Source: Cyclobacteriaceae bacterium (GTDB lineage: Bacteria; Bacteroidota; Bacteroidia; Cytophagales; Cyclobacteriaceae). From it: a stretch of 47,523 nt of DNA. Each line of letters starts with the position of its first letter. The first letter of the stretch is position 1. The notes beneath the pieces are model-generated. The model had not been told where the DNA came from, did no database searches, and worked only from the letters and a program-made list of their open reading frames with translations. The position numbers were made by a program, and so were the translations under genes. This document shows positions 15,144 through 25,942 of this stretch, piece by piece. The stretch is taken from positions 1 through 47,523 of the forward strand of contig JBIIVI010000001.1 of NCBI GenBank assembly GCA_044339555.1, written 5' to 3'.

Positions 15144-17744
15144 ATGGCCGGAGCAGGCGCAATGGATACCCCGTTAATGAAGCAGTACAACGCCATCAAG
15201 GCGAAGTACCCGGGTGCACTGCTACTCTTCCGCGTGGGCGACTTTTACGAAACGTTCGGACAGGATGCCATTCAGGCCAGCCAGGTGCTGGACATTACGC
15301 TCACCAAGCGTGGCAATGGCTCCGCTTCCGAAATCGAGTTGGCAGGCTTTCCCCACCATGCGCTGGATAACTACCTACCCAAATTGGTACGGGCCGGTCA
15401 TCGCGTAGCCATCTGCGATCAACTCGAAGATCCGCGCTTTGTAAAAGGTATCGTGAAGCGGGGTGTGACCGAGTTGGTCACCCCGGGTGTCTCCTTCAAC
15501 GATAATGTGCTCGAGCGCAAGCGCAACAACTTCCTCTGCTCGCTCTACGCGGGCAAGAATTTTGGCGTGGCGTTTCTCGATATCAGCACGGGTGAGTTCT
15601 ACTGCGCCCAGGGGAACGAGACGTACGTGTTCAAGCTCATTCAAAGCCTCGGTCCGGCTGAAGTGATTTTCAGCAAGGCCCATCGCGACAAAATGGAACA
15701 ACACCTGGCCGATGACTACGCCACCTTCGCGCTGGATGATTGGGTCTACGCGTTCGACTACGCCCACGACAAGCTGATTCAACAATTCAAAACCTCCACG
15801 CTCAAAGGGTTTGGCATCGATGGCATGGATGAGGCGATTATCGCGGCCGGAGCGGTGTTGCACTATCTTGAAGCCACCGAGCACAAAGACACCCATCACA
15901 TCGCGTCTATCGCGCGGATGGATGAAGAGCATTACGTGTGGCTGGATAAATTCACGATCCGGAACCTGGAACTGGTCAATGCTCAACACGATGGCGGTGT
16001 GGCGCTGTTGCAAATTCTCGATCAAACCGTTACACCCATGGGCTCGCGGCAACTTAGACGCTGGATGGTGCTGCCGCTCAAAGAAAAAGAAGCCATTGAC
16101 GAGCGCCTCGAAATGGTGGATCATCTCTTTCAACATCCGGAACTCACGGACACCATCACCTACCAACTGAAACAGGTGGCGGATTTGGAGCGTTTGATTT
16201 CAAAAGTAGCCGTAGGTCGAATAAACCCGCGCGAGCTGTTGCAACTGAAACGATCGCTGCAAGCCATCTTACCGGTAAAAGATTTGCTGGCCGCACAGTC
16301 ATCGGTGGGTCTAAAAAAACTGAGCGACCAACTGCACCGCTGTGAGTTCTTGTTGGAGAAGATTGAAAAGGAGTTGAAAGACGATGCGCCCATGTTGGTG
16401 CATCAGGGCGGGGTGATCAAAGAAGGAGTGGATGCCGAGTTGGATGAACTGCGTACGCTGGCCTTTGCGGGAAAGGATTACCTGCTGCAAGTGCAGAAGC
16501 GCGAAATTGAGCGCACGGGCATTAACTCGCTGAAGATCTCCTATAACAAAGTATTTGGCTACTACCTGGAAGTAAGCAATGCCAACAAAGACAAAGTCCC
16601 TGCCGACTGGATTCGCAAGCAAACGTTGGTGAATGCCGAACGCTACATTACTGAAGAGCTGAAGGTGTATGAAGAAAAAATCCTGCATGCCGAAGAGAAG
16701 CTGAGCGTAATTGAACACCGGTTGTTTGGTGAGCTGGTGCGCCACACGGGCGAGTTCATTGCGCAAATTCAGCAGAACGCCCGTGCTGTGGCGGTGCTGG
16801 ACTGCCTGCTGTCGTTCGCGCTCACGGCCCGCACCAACCGATATGCCAAGCCTGAGATAAGCGACTCCACGCGTCTGGCGATAAAAGCAGGTAGGCATCC
16901 GGTAATTGAAAAGCAGTTGCCCGTTGGCGAATCGTACGTGCCTAACGACATCTACCTCGATACCGAAACGCAACAGATTCTCGTCATCACCGGACCTAAC
17001 ATGGCGGGCAAGTCGGCCTTACTGCGCCAAACGGCTTTGATTGTACTCATGGCGCAAATGGGCAGCTTCGTGCCAGCCGAAAGTGCGGTGGTGGGGTTGG
17101 TCGACAAAGTGTTTACACGCGTGGGCGCCAGCGACAACCTCTCGCGGGGCGAGTCAACGTTTATGGTGGAGATGACGGAGACCGCCAGCATCCTCAACAA
17201 CCTGAGCAACCGCAGTCTGATTTTGATGGACGAAATCGGGCGTGGCACGTCCACCTACGATGGTGTTTCCATTGCATGGGCCATTGTGGAGTATTTACAC
17301 AACCACAAAGATGTGCGGCCCAAAACCTTGTTTGCCACGCACTACCACGAGCTGAACCAACTGGCGGAAGACCTGCCGCGCGTGAAAAACTTTAACGTGA
17401 GTGTGAAAGAAGTGGGCGACAAAATCATCTTCATGCGTAAGCTGAAGGAAGGCGGAAGCGAACACAGCTTTGGAATCCATGTGGCGCAACTGGCCGGCAT
17501 GCCCAACCCGGTGGTACTGCGCGCCAACGACATTCTGCACTTTCTGGAAAAAGAGAAACACCCCAGCCAAAACAAAAAGAAATTTGATGAGCTGCCGAAG
17601 CCGCAGTTTCAGATGAGCCTTTTTGAAGCCGATCCGAAGATGAAAGCGGTGCACGACCTTCTCAGCAAAATCGACATCAACACCATTAGCCCGGTAGAGG
17701 CGTTGCTGAAACTGAATGAGGTGTTGAGCGTGTTGAAAAAATGA
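15144..17744 (+). CDS. mutS: DNA mismatch repair protein MutS
   Basis: TPLMKQY, GDFYE, GPNMAGKS, STFMVEM, DEIGRGT; ATG 15144 follows the TATCTTTG box (15130-15137). Confidence 0.98.
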   Translation: MAGAGAMDTPLMKQYNAIKAKYPGALLLFRVGDFYETFGQDAIQASQVLDITLTKRGNGSASEIELAGFPHHALDNYLPKLVRAGHRVAICDQLEDPRFVKGIVKRGVTELVTPGVSFNDNVLERKRNNFLCSLYAGKNFGVAFLDISTGEFYCAQGNETYVFKLIQSLGPAEVIFSKAHRDKMEQHLADDYATFALDDWVYAFDYAHDKLIQQFKTSTLKGFGIDGMDEAIIAAGAVLHYLEATEHKDTHHIASIARMDEEHYVWLDKFTIRNLELVNAQHDGGVALLQILDQTVTPMGSRQLRRWMVLPLKEKEAIDERLEMVDHLFQHPELTDTITYQLKQVADLERLISKVAVGRINPRELLQLKRSLQAILPVKDLLAAQSSVGLKKLSDQLHRCEFLLEKIEKELKDDAPMLVHQGGVIKEGVDAELDELRTLAFAGKDYLLQVQKREIERTGINSLKISYNKVFGYYLEVSNANKDKVPADWIRKQTLVNAERYITEELKVYEEKILHAEEKLSVIEHRLFGELVRHTGEFIAQIQQNARAVAVLDCLLSFALTARTNRYAKPEISDSTRLAIKAGRHPVIEKQLPVGESYVPNDIYLDTETQQILVITGPNMAGKSALLRQTALIVLMAQMGSFVPAESAVVGLVDKVFTRVGASDNLSRGESTFMVEMTETASILNNLSNRSLILMDEIGRGTSTYDGVSIAWAIVEYLHNHKDVRPKTLFATHYHELNQLAEDLPRVKNFNVSVKEVGDKIIFMRKLKEGGSEHSFGIHVAQLAGMPNPVVLRANDILHFLEKEKHPSQNKKKFDELPKPQFQMSLFEADPKMKAVHDLLSKIDINTISPVEALLKLNEVLSVLKK

Positions 17745-17924
17745 AGTGGCTCTTTTTCATTCGTTCGCTTGATCGATCTGCCAAGTCAGCAATTATTTGA
17801 TTTTCGTAAACCTACGTTTGAATGGCGTTTCCCGGGCTGGTCAGGCGCCTTTTCCTTTGCAATCGATTCTTCCATGAAAGCTGCACGCGCAAAACGGCCC
17901 TTACCTTTTCGTAACTTCGGTGCG

Positions 17925-18833
17925 ATGAAGCCCACCGAAACCTTGTTGGAATTCTACCAGCGCAAGTTCAATTGGTTGCCAGAGAGCATCAAAAACGACA
18001 TCGGGCACTTCAATCTTTTTCACCTGCAACCACCGGCTGCCGGGCAGCCCACGGCTATTCCCTATCGCAGACGGGATTTTTACAAAATCATGCTGGTAAA
18101 GGGTAACAGCCAGGTGCATTATGCTGACCAGGTGATCGATGTTAAAAACCAGGCGCTCACCTTCTCCAATCCATTGATTCCATACAAGTGGGAGCATCTG
18201 GACAAAGTTCGCGAAGGGGTGTATTGCATTTTTGATCAGCACTTTTTCGCCAAATATGGCAACCTGAACCAGTACGAAGTGTTTCAGCCCGGAGGCCCTC
18301 ACTTGTTTGAACTTTCCGATGCGGAAACAGTCACTGTGCAGCGTGTTTTCGAACGTATGGAGATCGAATTTAAAACGGAATTCAAATACAAATACGAAGC
18401 GGTGCGCAACCTGATCTTTGAGCTGATCCATTTTGCGCTGAAGCAACAACCGGCCGCAGCGCCTACCCGCCAACTCCAGAACGCTTCGCAGCGCATCACA
18501 TTTTTATTTCTGGAGTTACTCGAACGTCAGTTTCCGATCGATGATCAGCACCTGGCCGTGCAGCTGCGTACCGCTTCCGATTTTGCCGCGCAATTGAACG
18601 TACATGTGAACCATTTAAACCGCACGGTAAAGGAAACTACCAGCAAAACCACTACCCAACTAATTGCCGATCGCGTTTTACAAGAGGCAAAGATTCTACT
18701 CCGGCACAGCCGCTGGAATGTTTCAGAAATTGCGAACGCACTCGGCTTTGCGGAAGTAACGCACTTCAACAATTTTTTCAAAAAGCACACCGGAACCAGT
18801 CCGCTTCGGTTTAAAAAAGCCAATGGCGTTTAG
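17925..18833 (+). CDS. AraC family transcriptional regulator
   Basis: YRRRDFYKI; C-terminal VSEIANALGFAEVTHFNNFFKKHTGTSP; start MKPTETL. Confidence 0.92.
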   Translation: MKPTETLLEFYQRKFNWLPESIKNDIGHFNLFHLQPPAAGQPTAIPYRRRDFYKIMLVKGNSQVHYADQVIDVKNQALTFSNPLIPYKWEHLDKVREGVYCIFDQHFFAKYGNLNQYEVFQPGGPHLFELSDAETVTVQRVFERMEIEFKTEFKYKYEAVRNLIFELIHFALKQQPAAAPTRQLQNASQRITFLFLELLERQFPIDDQHLAVQLRTASDFAAQLNVHVNHLNRTVKETTSKTTTQLIADRVLQEAKILLRHSRWNVSEIANALGFAEVTHFNNFFKKHTGTSPLRFKKANGV

Positions 18834-18885
18834 ATCAATAAGGCACAAAACCCGCGCAACCAATTAAACAACACAACCCATCACT

Positions 18886-19335
18886 ATGAAAAAAAGTATT
18901 TTGATCATTATCCTGATCGCGATGTTACCAACCGCGCTGATGGCGCAGAGTGCTGCTGTCGGTAAGGAGATTACCGAACTTTCCCGGCAGAAATGGCAAT
19001 GGATGGCCGAAAAAGACGTGGATAAACTAGCGGCCCTGTTTCACGACCAATCGAAGTTTGTGCACATGAGCGGCACGTGGGGCAAGGCGCAGGAAATTGA
19101 CATCATCAAAACCGGCAGCATCTGGTACAAAAAGGCGGAAGTGCATCAGGTGGCGGTGGAAGTGGTCAACGATACCGCCATACTTTGGAATCGGATTACG
19201 CTGGATGCCGTGGTGCGAGGCGCGGAAGTATCCAATCCATTTACGGCCACCGAAGTGTACAAGAAGGAGGGCGGTGCATGGAAGTTGCTGGCCCTTACGT
19301 TTAGTAGCGTGCGCCCCGAACATAAAATTGAGTAA
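18886..19335 (+). CDS. NTF2-like (DUF4440) exported protein
   Basis: Signal peptide; DVDKLAALFHD…FVH, TEVYKKEGGAWKL. Confidence 0.8.
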   Translation: MKKSILIIILIAMLPTALMAQSAAVGKEITELSRQKWQWMAEKDVDKLAALFHDQSKFVHMSGTWGKAQEIDIIKTGSIWYKKAEVHQVAVEVVNDTAILWNRITLDAVVRGAEVSNPFTATEVYKKEGGAWKLLALTFSSVRPEHKIE

Positions 19336-19387
19336 CACGGAGCGAAATATTGGTAGCTTATCGCTACAACCGCCTAACCCCTTTTTT

Positions 19388-20143
19388 ATGAAGTTCAACT
19401 TTCTTGCACTTCTCGTTTGTTTGTCTTTCTGTAGCTTGCTGTGCGCTCAACCCAAGGATAGCACGTTTCATTTCCGTACCGACCTCACCCTCACCAACAA
19501 CGGTTTCTCGATTGTGCCCGCGTTTACGCTGGGTGCGCCTGCTGCGTTTCTCGATATGCAGATGGGCGGCAAACGACTCACCTTCGAGCCGCAGTTCCGC
19601 TTTGCTCTGGAGGGGCGCCCGTGGTCATTCATATTCATCTATCGGTATAAACTGATTCTCAAACCAAGGTTTCGGTTAGTGGTAGGGGGTCATGCGCCGG
19701 GTATCAACTACATCACGCGTACGGTGGATGTAAACGGGATTCAGGAACCGTTGTCTGTAGCGCGGCGGTTCCTGGCCGCCGAGGTTATTCCAAGTTATAA
19801 GATTTCCGATCATATTAGCGTAAGCGCCTACTACTTGCGCGGCCGTGCATTTCAGAAGCATGGGCCACAAAACACAAACTTCCTGACGCTGCAAAGCAAC
19901 TTTAACAAAATCAAGTTGGCGGGAAAAGCATACGTCAATTTCAATCCGCAGGTATTTTATCTGAAAGTCGATGCCGAAGATGGCTATTACGTAAATGCTA
20001 CCACCGTATTTGGATTTGAAGATTTTCCTCTTACCCTTTCGGGGATTGTGAACAAGGCAATCCGGTCGAGTATTGCTGCCCGCGATTTCGATTGGAGCCT
20101 CAATTTGGTGTACACGCTGGATAAGCATTTTGTGGTGCGATGA
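19388..20143 (+). CDS. Putative outer-membrane beta-barrel protein
   Basis: Signal peptide MKFNFLALL…, amphipathic strands, …DWSLNLVY. Confidence 0.65.
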   Translation: MKFNFLALLVCLSFCSLLCAQPKDSTFHFRTDLTLTNNGFSIVPAFTLGAPAAFLDMQMGGKRLTFEPQFRFALEGRPWSFIFIYRYKLILKPRFRLVVGGHAPGINYITRTVDVNGIQEPLSVARRFLAAEVIPSYKISDHISVSAYYLRGRAFQKHGPQNTNFLTLQSNFNKIKLAGKAYVNFNPQVFYLKVDAEDGYYVNATTVFGFEDFPLTLSGIVNKAIRSSIAARDFDWSLNLVYTLDKHFVVR

Positions 20144-20251
20144 TCCGGCGGCTCAGCCCGATTGGAGCGCCCAGGTGATTATTTGAATTTTGTAATGATG
20201 TGCTGACACAACTACTTATCTTACATACTCGAACGCGTTAATCCTCATCAC

Positions 20252-20710
20252 ATGGCGACCATCAACCTGACGGTAAACGGCAAAAAACAAACGGTAGACG
20301 TAGACCCCAAAACACCCTTGTTGTGGGTGTTGCGCGAACACCTCGACCTGGTGGGCACAAAATACGGTTGCGGAGTGGCGCAATGCGGTGCGTGCACGGT
20401 GCATCTCGGCAATGTGGCCGTGCGATCCTGCTCTTTGCCGGTGTCGAGCATCGGGTCGCGAGCCATTACCACCATTGAGGGACTTTCTGCGGATGCCAGC
20501 CATCCTTTGCAGCAAGCATGGTTGGAACACGATGTTCCCCAATGCGGCTATTGCCAGGCCGGGCAAATCATGAGCGCGGCCGCACTACTCAAGCAAAATC
20601 CAAAACCAACGGACGAGCAAATCGAAAACGCCATGAATGGCAACCTGTGCCGCTGCGGCACGTACCTGCGCATCAAGGCAGCCATCCATACAGCCGCTCA
20701 ACAATCATAA
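20252..20710 (+). CDS. (2Fe-2S) small subunit, isoquinoline 1-oxidoreductase alpha-like
   Basis: [26 protein letters not shown]. Confidence 0.93.
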   Translation: MATINLTVNGKKQTVDVDPKTPLLWVLREHLDLVGTKYGCGVAQCGACTVHLGNVAVRSCSLPVSSIGSRAITTIEGLSADASHPLQQAWLEHDVPQCGYCQAGQIMSAAALLKQNPKPTDEQIENAMNGNLCRCGTYLRIKAAIHTAAQQS

Positions 20711-20719
20711 TCCACCACC

Positions 20720-22963
20720 ATGGCAACTGCAAAATCAACTTCAAACAGACGCGCGTTCATAAAAGTGTCTGCCTTGGCCGGTGGCGGCATGATGTTGAGC
20801 TTTAACCTGCTGGCCGGTCGCAAACTTACGGACCTTGATGTGGAAGCGTTGCCGGATACCTGGTTCGAGCTAAACAGCTACATAAAAATTCACCCAAGTG
20901 GTGGCATCACGCTGCTATCCCCCAATCCGGAATTCGGCTCGAATGTGAAGACTTCCATGCCCATGATTTTGGCTGATGAACTAGACGTGGACTGGCAACA
21001 GGTAACGGTAGAACAAGCAGACTTTTATCCCGAAAGGTTTAGCCGTCAGTTCACGGGTGGAAGTCAAGGCATCCGTCAGGGTTGGAAGCCGCTGCGCACG
21101 GCCGGTGCAACGGCACGCCAGATGGTGGTGAATGCAGCCGCGCAGTCGTGGAAAGTACCGGCTACAGAAATTACTACTGCACGAGGTGTGCTGTATCATC
21201 GCGCCTCCGGCAAAACCGCCACCTATGGAGAAATGGCTTCACTGGCTGCCACGTTGCCCGTGCCCACTCCGGTGGCCACGAAGTCGATCAAAGATTTCAC
21301 GATCATCGGCACCTCGAGGAAAAATGTAGATGCCCGCCATATCATTACGGGCAAACCCCTTTTCACAGCCGACTATAAAACAGAAGGCATGTTGATCGCG
21401 ATGGTGGCTCATCCGCCCGCATTTGGGCTGAAGGTAAAATCAGTGAACGATGCCGCTGCGCGCGCCATGCCTGGCATTCGCGATGTGTTTGTGATCAAGA
21501 CGCTCAACGAAGACTACGCACGGAATATTTTTGATACGACTACCTACACGGAGTTAGTGGCCGTAGTGGGCAACACCACATGGGAGGTGATGAATGCAAA
21601 AAAGGCTCTTCAAGTAGAATGGGAGAAAACGCCCGACACACCGGTGCTCATGAATGGTCGGGGCGGAAAGCAAACCGTGATCATCCCGGGTGAACTGGAA
21701 AGTACCACCGGCCATCTGGTAAAAATGGAAGAGTTGGCACGCCAACCGGCTCAGGTGCTTCGCAAGGATGGCGATCCCGAGGCTGCCTTTCAACGTGCCG
21801 CCAAAACGCTGGAGCGCACCTACAACGCCCCTTTTCTGGCGCACAATTGTATGGAGCCGGTGAACTGTTTCGCGCACGTAACGGCTGATCAGGCAGATAT
21901 CTACGGTCCGATGCAGACCCCGGAGTTCATCATGCAGGCGCTCACGGCGCGGTTGGGATTGCCGAAGGAGAAAATCAAAATTCGCTTGGCGCGGATGGGC
22001 GGTGGCTTTGGTCAACGCGCCTACGGGCATCACATGGTTGAAGCGGCGGTGATCTCGCAAAAACTACAAGCACCCGTGAAGTTGATTTACTCCCGCGAGG
22101 ACGACTTGACGTACGGGATCTACCGCCCGATGTACACGGCAACGTATCGCGCAGCGCTGGATGAAAACAATAACCTCATTGCCTTTCACGTAAAGGGTGG
22201 CGGTGTGCCCGAGCATCCGATTCACGCAAACCGTTTTCCGGCTGGTGCGGTCGACAACTATTTGGCCGAAGGGTGGCAGATTCCGTCCAACATCACTATC
22301 GGGGCGTTTCGCGCTCCGCGTTCCAACTTCAATGCAGCAGCCGAGCAATCTTTCTTGGACGAGCTGGCTGAATTGGCGGGCAAAGATCCGATCGACTTCC
22401 GCCTGGAGTTGCTCGATCGCGCCAAGCGCAACCCGGTGGGCAAAGACAACGACTACGATGCAGACCGCTATGCGGGTGTGCTAAAGTTGGTACGCGAAAA
22501 GTCGAAGTGGGACACGCAGCGCGGCAACCGCGGAGTGGCGGCTTATTTCTGCCACAACACCTATGTGGCCGAAGTGGTAGACCTGAATATGCAGGGCAAC
22601 AAACCGATCGTGAACAACGTGGTGGCTGCGGTCGACTGCGGCATCGTGATCAACCCGGACGCGGCCATCAACATGAGCGAAGGCGGCATTGTGGACGGCA
22701 TCGGTAATGCCTTGTTTGGTGAATTGACCTTTGCTGAGGGCGTGCCCGACAAATCGAATTTTCATCAGTACCGCATGATCCGCCAAAAGGATGCGCCTCG
22801 CGCAATCGAAGTTCACTTTGTGAAAAATGAGCACGATCCCACCGGCCTGGGCGAGCCGCTCTTTCCCCCGATTTTCGCTGCGCTGGCCAACGCGCTATAC
22901 AAAGCCACCGGCAAGCGGTATTACAACCAGCCGTTTCTAAAAGAGCAGCCGAAGCTGGGGTAG
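20720..22963 (+). CDS. Molybdopterin-binding subunit, IorB/xanthine oxidase family, Tat signal
   Basis: NRRAFIK twin-arginine, TGGSQG, MGGGFG, FRAP, GLGEP. Confidence 0.92.
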   Translation: MATAKSTSNRRAFIKVSALAGGGMMLSFNLLAGRKLTDLDVEALPDTWFELNSYIKIHPSGGITLLSPNPEFGSNVKTSMPMILADELDVDWQQVTVEQADFYPERFSRQFTGGSQGIRQGWKPLRTAGATARQMVVNAAAQSWKVPATEITTARGVLYHRASGKTATYGEMASLAATLPVPTPVATKSIKDFTIIGTSRKNVDARHIITGKPLFTADYKTEGMLIAMVAHPPAFGLKVKSVNDAAARAMPGIRDVFVIKTLNEDYARNIFDTTTYTELVAVVGNTTWEVMNAKKALQVEWEKTPDTPVLMNGRGGKQTVIIPGELESTTGHLVKMEELARQPAQVLRKDGDPEAAFQRAAKTLERTYNAPFLAHNCMEPVNCFAHVTADQADIYGPMQTPEFIMQALTARLGLPKEKIKIRLARMGGGFGQRAYGHHMVEAAVISQKLQAPVKLIYSREDDLTYGIYRPMYTATYRAALDENNNLIAFHVKGGGVPEHPIHANRFPAGAVDNYLAEGWQIPSNITIGAFRAPRSNFNAAAEQSFLDELAELAGKDPIDFRLELLDRAKRNPVGKDNDYDADRYAGVLKLVREKSKWDTQRGNRGVAAYFCHNTYVAEVVDLNMQGNKPIVNNVVAAVDCGIVINPDAAINMSEGGIVDGIGNALFGELTFAEGVPDKSNFHQYRMIRQKDAPRAIEVHFVKNEHDPTGLGEPLFPPIFAALANALYKATGKRYYNQPFLKEQPKLG

Positions 22964-23007
22964 GTCGGGAATTTTCGGAACAGATTTCGACCTCCGGTCA
23001 TTCTTTT

Positions 23008-25404
23008 CTAGTCTTCCGTTTCCGCAGGCACCACAAACGCGGCACGCTTGGGGCCGGGGAAAGGCACATCGCCTTTCAAGCCATGCCACAACACGCGGTT
23101 AAATTCCACATCGTTGTTGGCGTCTTCCTTCGCGTACTCAAATTTCTCCGACTTCTTTTGCCATTCGTTAACCGCAACATTTTTTTCATCGAGATTGACC
23201 GCCGGAACAATGGCACGAAAATCGAACGGCTGCGGCGAAGCCTGAAAGCACGACCACATAGGCGTAGCTGCGGCATCATACTGCGTCATGGGCTCTAAGC
23301 CTAGTAGCAATTCCATCGTCCGCAGCATCGATGCTGTGGTATACAACGCATGATCAATGTGATTGCGTTTGATGTAGCCACCTGCCAGATAAGCCGTACT
23401 GCGATGGGCGTCTACATGGTCGGCTCCATTTTGCGCATCGTCCTCCACAATAAAAACTACTGTTTCATTCCAGATCGGGCTGTTGGCCAATGTCTCGATG
23501 AACAATCCCACAGCCAGATCGTTGTCGGCCACGTGGGCATAAGGTGAGGGTCTGCCCAATCTCATGCCCTCGGTGTGGTCGTTGCCGAAGCGTACGGTAT
23601 TAAACTGCGGCACCTGGTTTTTGCGCAGCAGTTCTATGAAATCTTTTTTCCAAATCCGGAAGCGGGTGGTATCGCGGATTCGTAAATCATAGCCCGGGAA
23701 CTCGGCACACACATGGCCCTCCAGCACGGGAATGGTTGGCTTGCCATTTGAAACGAACTCGCCATACGTGCGGAAGGAAACTCCATAGCGATGGCAGTTG
23801 TCCCAGAAAAATCCGTCTTTATTGTTGGCGATTTCACGTTCGCCTTCGCCTCCATACGTGCCGCCACGGCCGCTGTAACTGGTGGGCCATGTTTTTTCCA
23901 AATAGTCGTTTGCGTAGCCGCCCATCGTCCAGTTATGGCCATCGGCACTGACCTCAGAGTTCACGTAGAAGTTATCCAACAACACCATCTGCTCGGCCAG
24001 CTTGTGTTGATTGGGGGTGTATTTTTTTCCAAACAATAGCAGCGTGGTGTCGCCATTGCCGCCTTTAACATCCGCGAGCATTTGATCGTAGGTGCGGTTT
24101 TCTTTGATGACGTAGAACACGTATTTCACCGCCCCGTTTTTTCCAACCGCAAAGGGCGCGGTGGTTTGCGCAGGAGCAGCATGGCGGTATTGCGTATAGG
24201 GCGAGTTTCGATGTACCGCGGCTGTGTACACTTGTAATTCCTTTTCCTTCGGCACGGGCACGATGCTCATGCTGCCCTTGAGCAATGAACCGATGTACTG
24301 CACATCCGATCCTTTTTTGGTGATGCCTCCGTGGTGAATCACGTCCTCACGCTTGCGCAGGGGACTGGGCCCAAACGGATTCGATTTCGATTCGAACCCT
24401 TTGCCGTTCGAAACCCACAATTGCTGCCCGATGAGTCGAACACACGTAGGGTACCAACCCACGGGAATAAATCCCCGCGACTTGCTGTTGCCGGGCTCCG
24501 CCACATCAAAAACGGCAATGCAGTTGTTATCGGCATTGGCGATGTACAACACTTTCGAACGCTCATCGTAGGCCAGGCTGTTGGTGGTAGAACCGCTGGG
24601 TGAATCGGGAAACAAGGCGGCATCTAATGTCTCTACTACCCGTCTGGCTTTTAGGTTGACAATCGAAACGGAATTGTCGTTGGCATTGGCCACGAATAAA
24701 TAATCTCCGTTAGCGGTAAGTTGTATTTCGTTCGGGTGGTCGCCTACATGAATCGGATTTCTCCACACATTCCGAATAAGATCAAACACAAGCACCTTAT
24801 CGCAACCCCAGCAGGAAATGTAGAGCTCGCGTTTGTCGCGACTCAGCACGCACGTGTAACCTTCGGCTTCCAAGCCGTAGGTGGCTAAAGTTTTTTTGGT
24901 TTGCGTGTCGATCACATACAGTTTGCGGTCTTCGCGCGTCACCACATACATCCGATTTTGGCGGTCGTCCAGTGCCAGCCCGGCCGGACCGATGCGCACC
25001 GGCCACGGCTGCCCCAACTGAATGCTGTCCACCAACGTTAACTTGGTGCCCGTGAGTTCATATTTTAAAATCTGATTGTCGTGACCCGCGGAGGCGTACA
25101 AAAACTTTTCATTGTCAGAAAATGCGAGCCCATACCAGGAACGTTTGATGACGACTGAATCTACTTTCACTGCACGGGCTACATCAATCAACTCAATGGT
25201 TTGCGTACCCTGGCCGTTGCACGTAACAGCCATGTAGCGTGCGGAGGGGCTCACCACCATGTTTAGCGGCAAATCGCCCAGCGGCATGCCGCGTCCGGCA
25301 GGTGTCAACTTCCAGCCATTGGGCAATTGCACGGGCGCGGGTAGTGATTGAGTGATGCCCATGCCGTAGCACAGGATAAAAAGGCAAAGCAGAACGTATC
25401 TCAT
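23008..25404 (-). CDS. YncE/YVTN beta-propeller plus phosphoesterase domain protein
   Basis: VGDHPNE and IPVGWYP repeats; KENRTYDQ, SADGHNW, EDDAQNGADHVDAHRS. Confidence 0.88.
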   Translation of the reverse strand: MRYVLLCLFILCYGMGITQSLPAPVQLPNGWKLTPAGRGMPLGDLPLNMVVSPSARYMAVTCNGQGTQTIELIDVARAVKVDSVVIKRSWYGLAFSDNEKFLYASAGHDNQILKYELTGTKLTLVDSIQLGQPWPVRIGPAGLALDDRQNRMYVVTREDRKLYVIDTQTKKTLATYGLEAEGYTCVLSRDKRELYISCWGCDKVLVFDLIRNVWRNPIHVGDHPNEIQLTANGDYLFVANANDNSVSIVNLKARRVVETLDAALFPDSPSGSTTNSLAYDERSKVLYIANADNNCIAVFDVAEPGNSKSRGFIPVGWYPTCVRLIGQQLWVSNGKGFESKSNPFGPSPLRKREDVIHHGGITKKGSDVQYIGSLLKGSMSIVPVPKEKELQVYTAAVHRNSPYTQYRHAAPAQTTAPFAVGKNGAVKYVFYVIKENRTYDQMLADVKGGNGDTTLLLFGKKYTPNQHKLAEQMVLLDNFYVNSEVSADGHNWTMGGYANDYLEKTWPTSYSGRGGTYGGEGEREIANNKDGFFWDNCHRYGVSFRTYGEFVSNGKPTIPVLEGHVCAEFPGYDLRIRDTTRFRIWKKDFIELLRKNQVPQFNTVRFGNDHTEGMRLGRPSPYAHVADNDLAVGLFIETLANSPIWNETVVFIVEDDAQNGADHVDAHRSTAYLAGGYIKRNHIDHALYTTASMLRTMELLLGLEPMTQYDAAATPMWSCFQASPQPFDFRAIVPAVNLDEKNVAVNEWQKKSEKFEYAKEDANNDVEFNRVLWHGLKGDVPFPGPKRAAFVVPAETED

Positions 25405-25475
25405 GGCTTAGGGCTAGGCTTGTATTTCGAAAAGGTAAAGGGCTTGCCGACCCGAAGCAAGTTAAGTTTGAGAGA

Positions 25476-25652
25476 AGAAAAGCGGAAAGGGCGTAACATC
25501 GGCTGGAAGCACGGCCTTTTTTCGCTTCACGTATTCACGGTATCAACAAAGACGGATCATAACGTGCTTTTACAAAAATCTGTGTTGGTTTTTAGTGTAG
25601 GACACCCTAGCCCGAACTTTTGATCTTGATTCGTCTTTGTAGTGACGCATCG
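25476..25652 (+). ncRNA. Candidate structured ncRNA
   Basis: TAAGTTTG box at 25463-25470; hairpin 25480-25527; 14-bp stem 25546-25559/25627-25640 with extensions; no convincing ORF. Confidence 0.35.
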
Positions 25653-25719
25653 ACTTCTATAGGTGATAAATCGGATCAGCCGAAAAAAAATCGCGCCGTT
25701 GAAAAGTCCCAAAAAGAAT

Positions 25720-25748
25720 AAAAAAAAGGGCCAAACGCCCTCTTTTTT

Positions 25749-25749
<1 letters not shown>
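25720..25749. terminator. Probable bidirectional terminator after tRNA-fMet
   Basis: A-run, AGGGC/GCCCT hairpin, T-run. Confidence 0.55.
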
Positions 25750-25824
<75 letters not shown>

Positions 25825-25942
25825 ATAATGTGGGTGCAAAAGTAGGGTTATGAAGTCTAAAAAACAACTCGCCCGTCCCCCATTTACAACAAAAGGCGCC
25901 TTTTCTTCCTTTCGCTATTCCGCGGCCTCCGTATCTTGCAAC

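Noticed and set aside
15375-16973. Long antisense ORFs (263 and 220 aa) within mutS, and similar ones in recG and rng
   Set aside because: Antisense shadows expected from codon bias; no recognisable motifs
19097-19387. N-terminal extension of the 348-aa ORF
   Set aside because: Overlaps the NTF2 gene; the signal peptide starts at ATG 19388
25476-25530. SRP RNA or known riboswitch
   Set aside because: Lacks the SRP CAGG…GGAAG…AGCAG helix-8 motif and any riboswitch consensus I recognise
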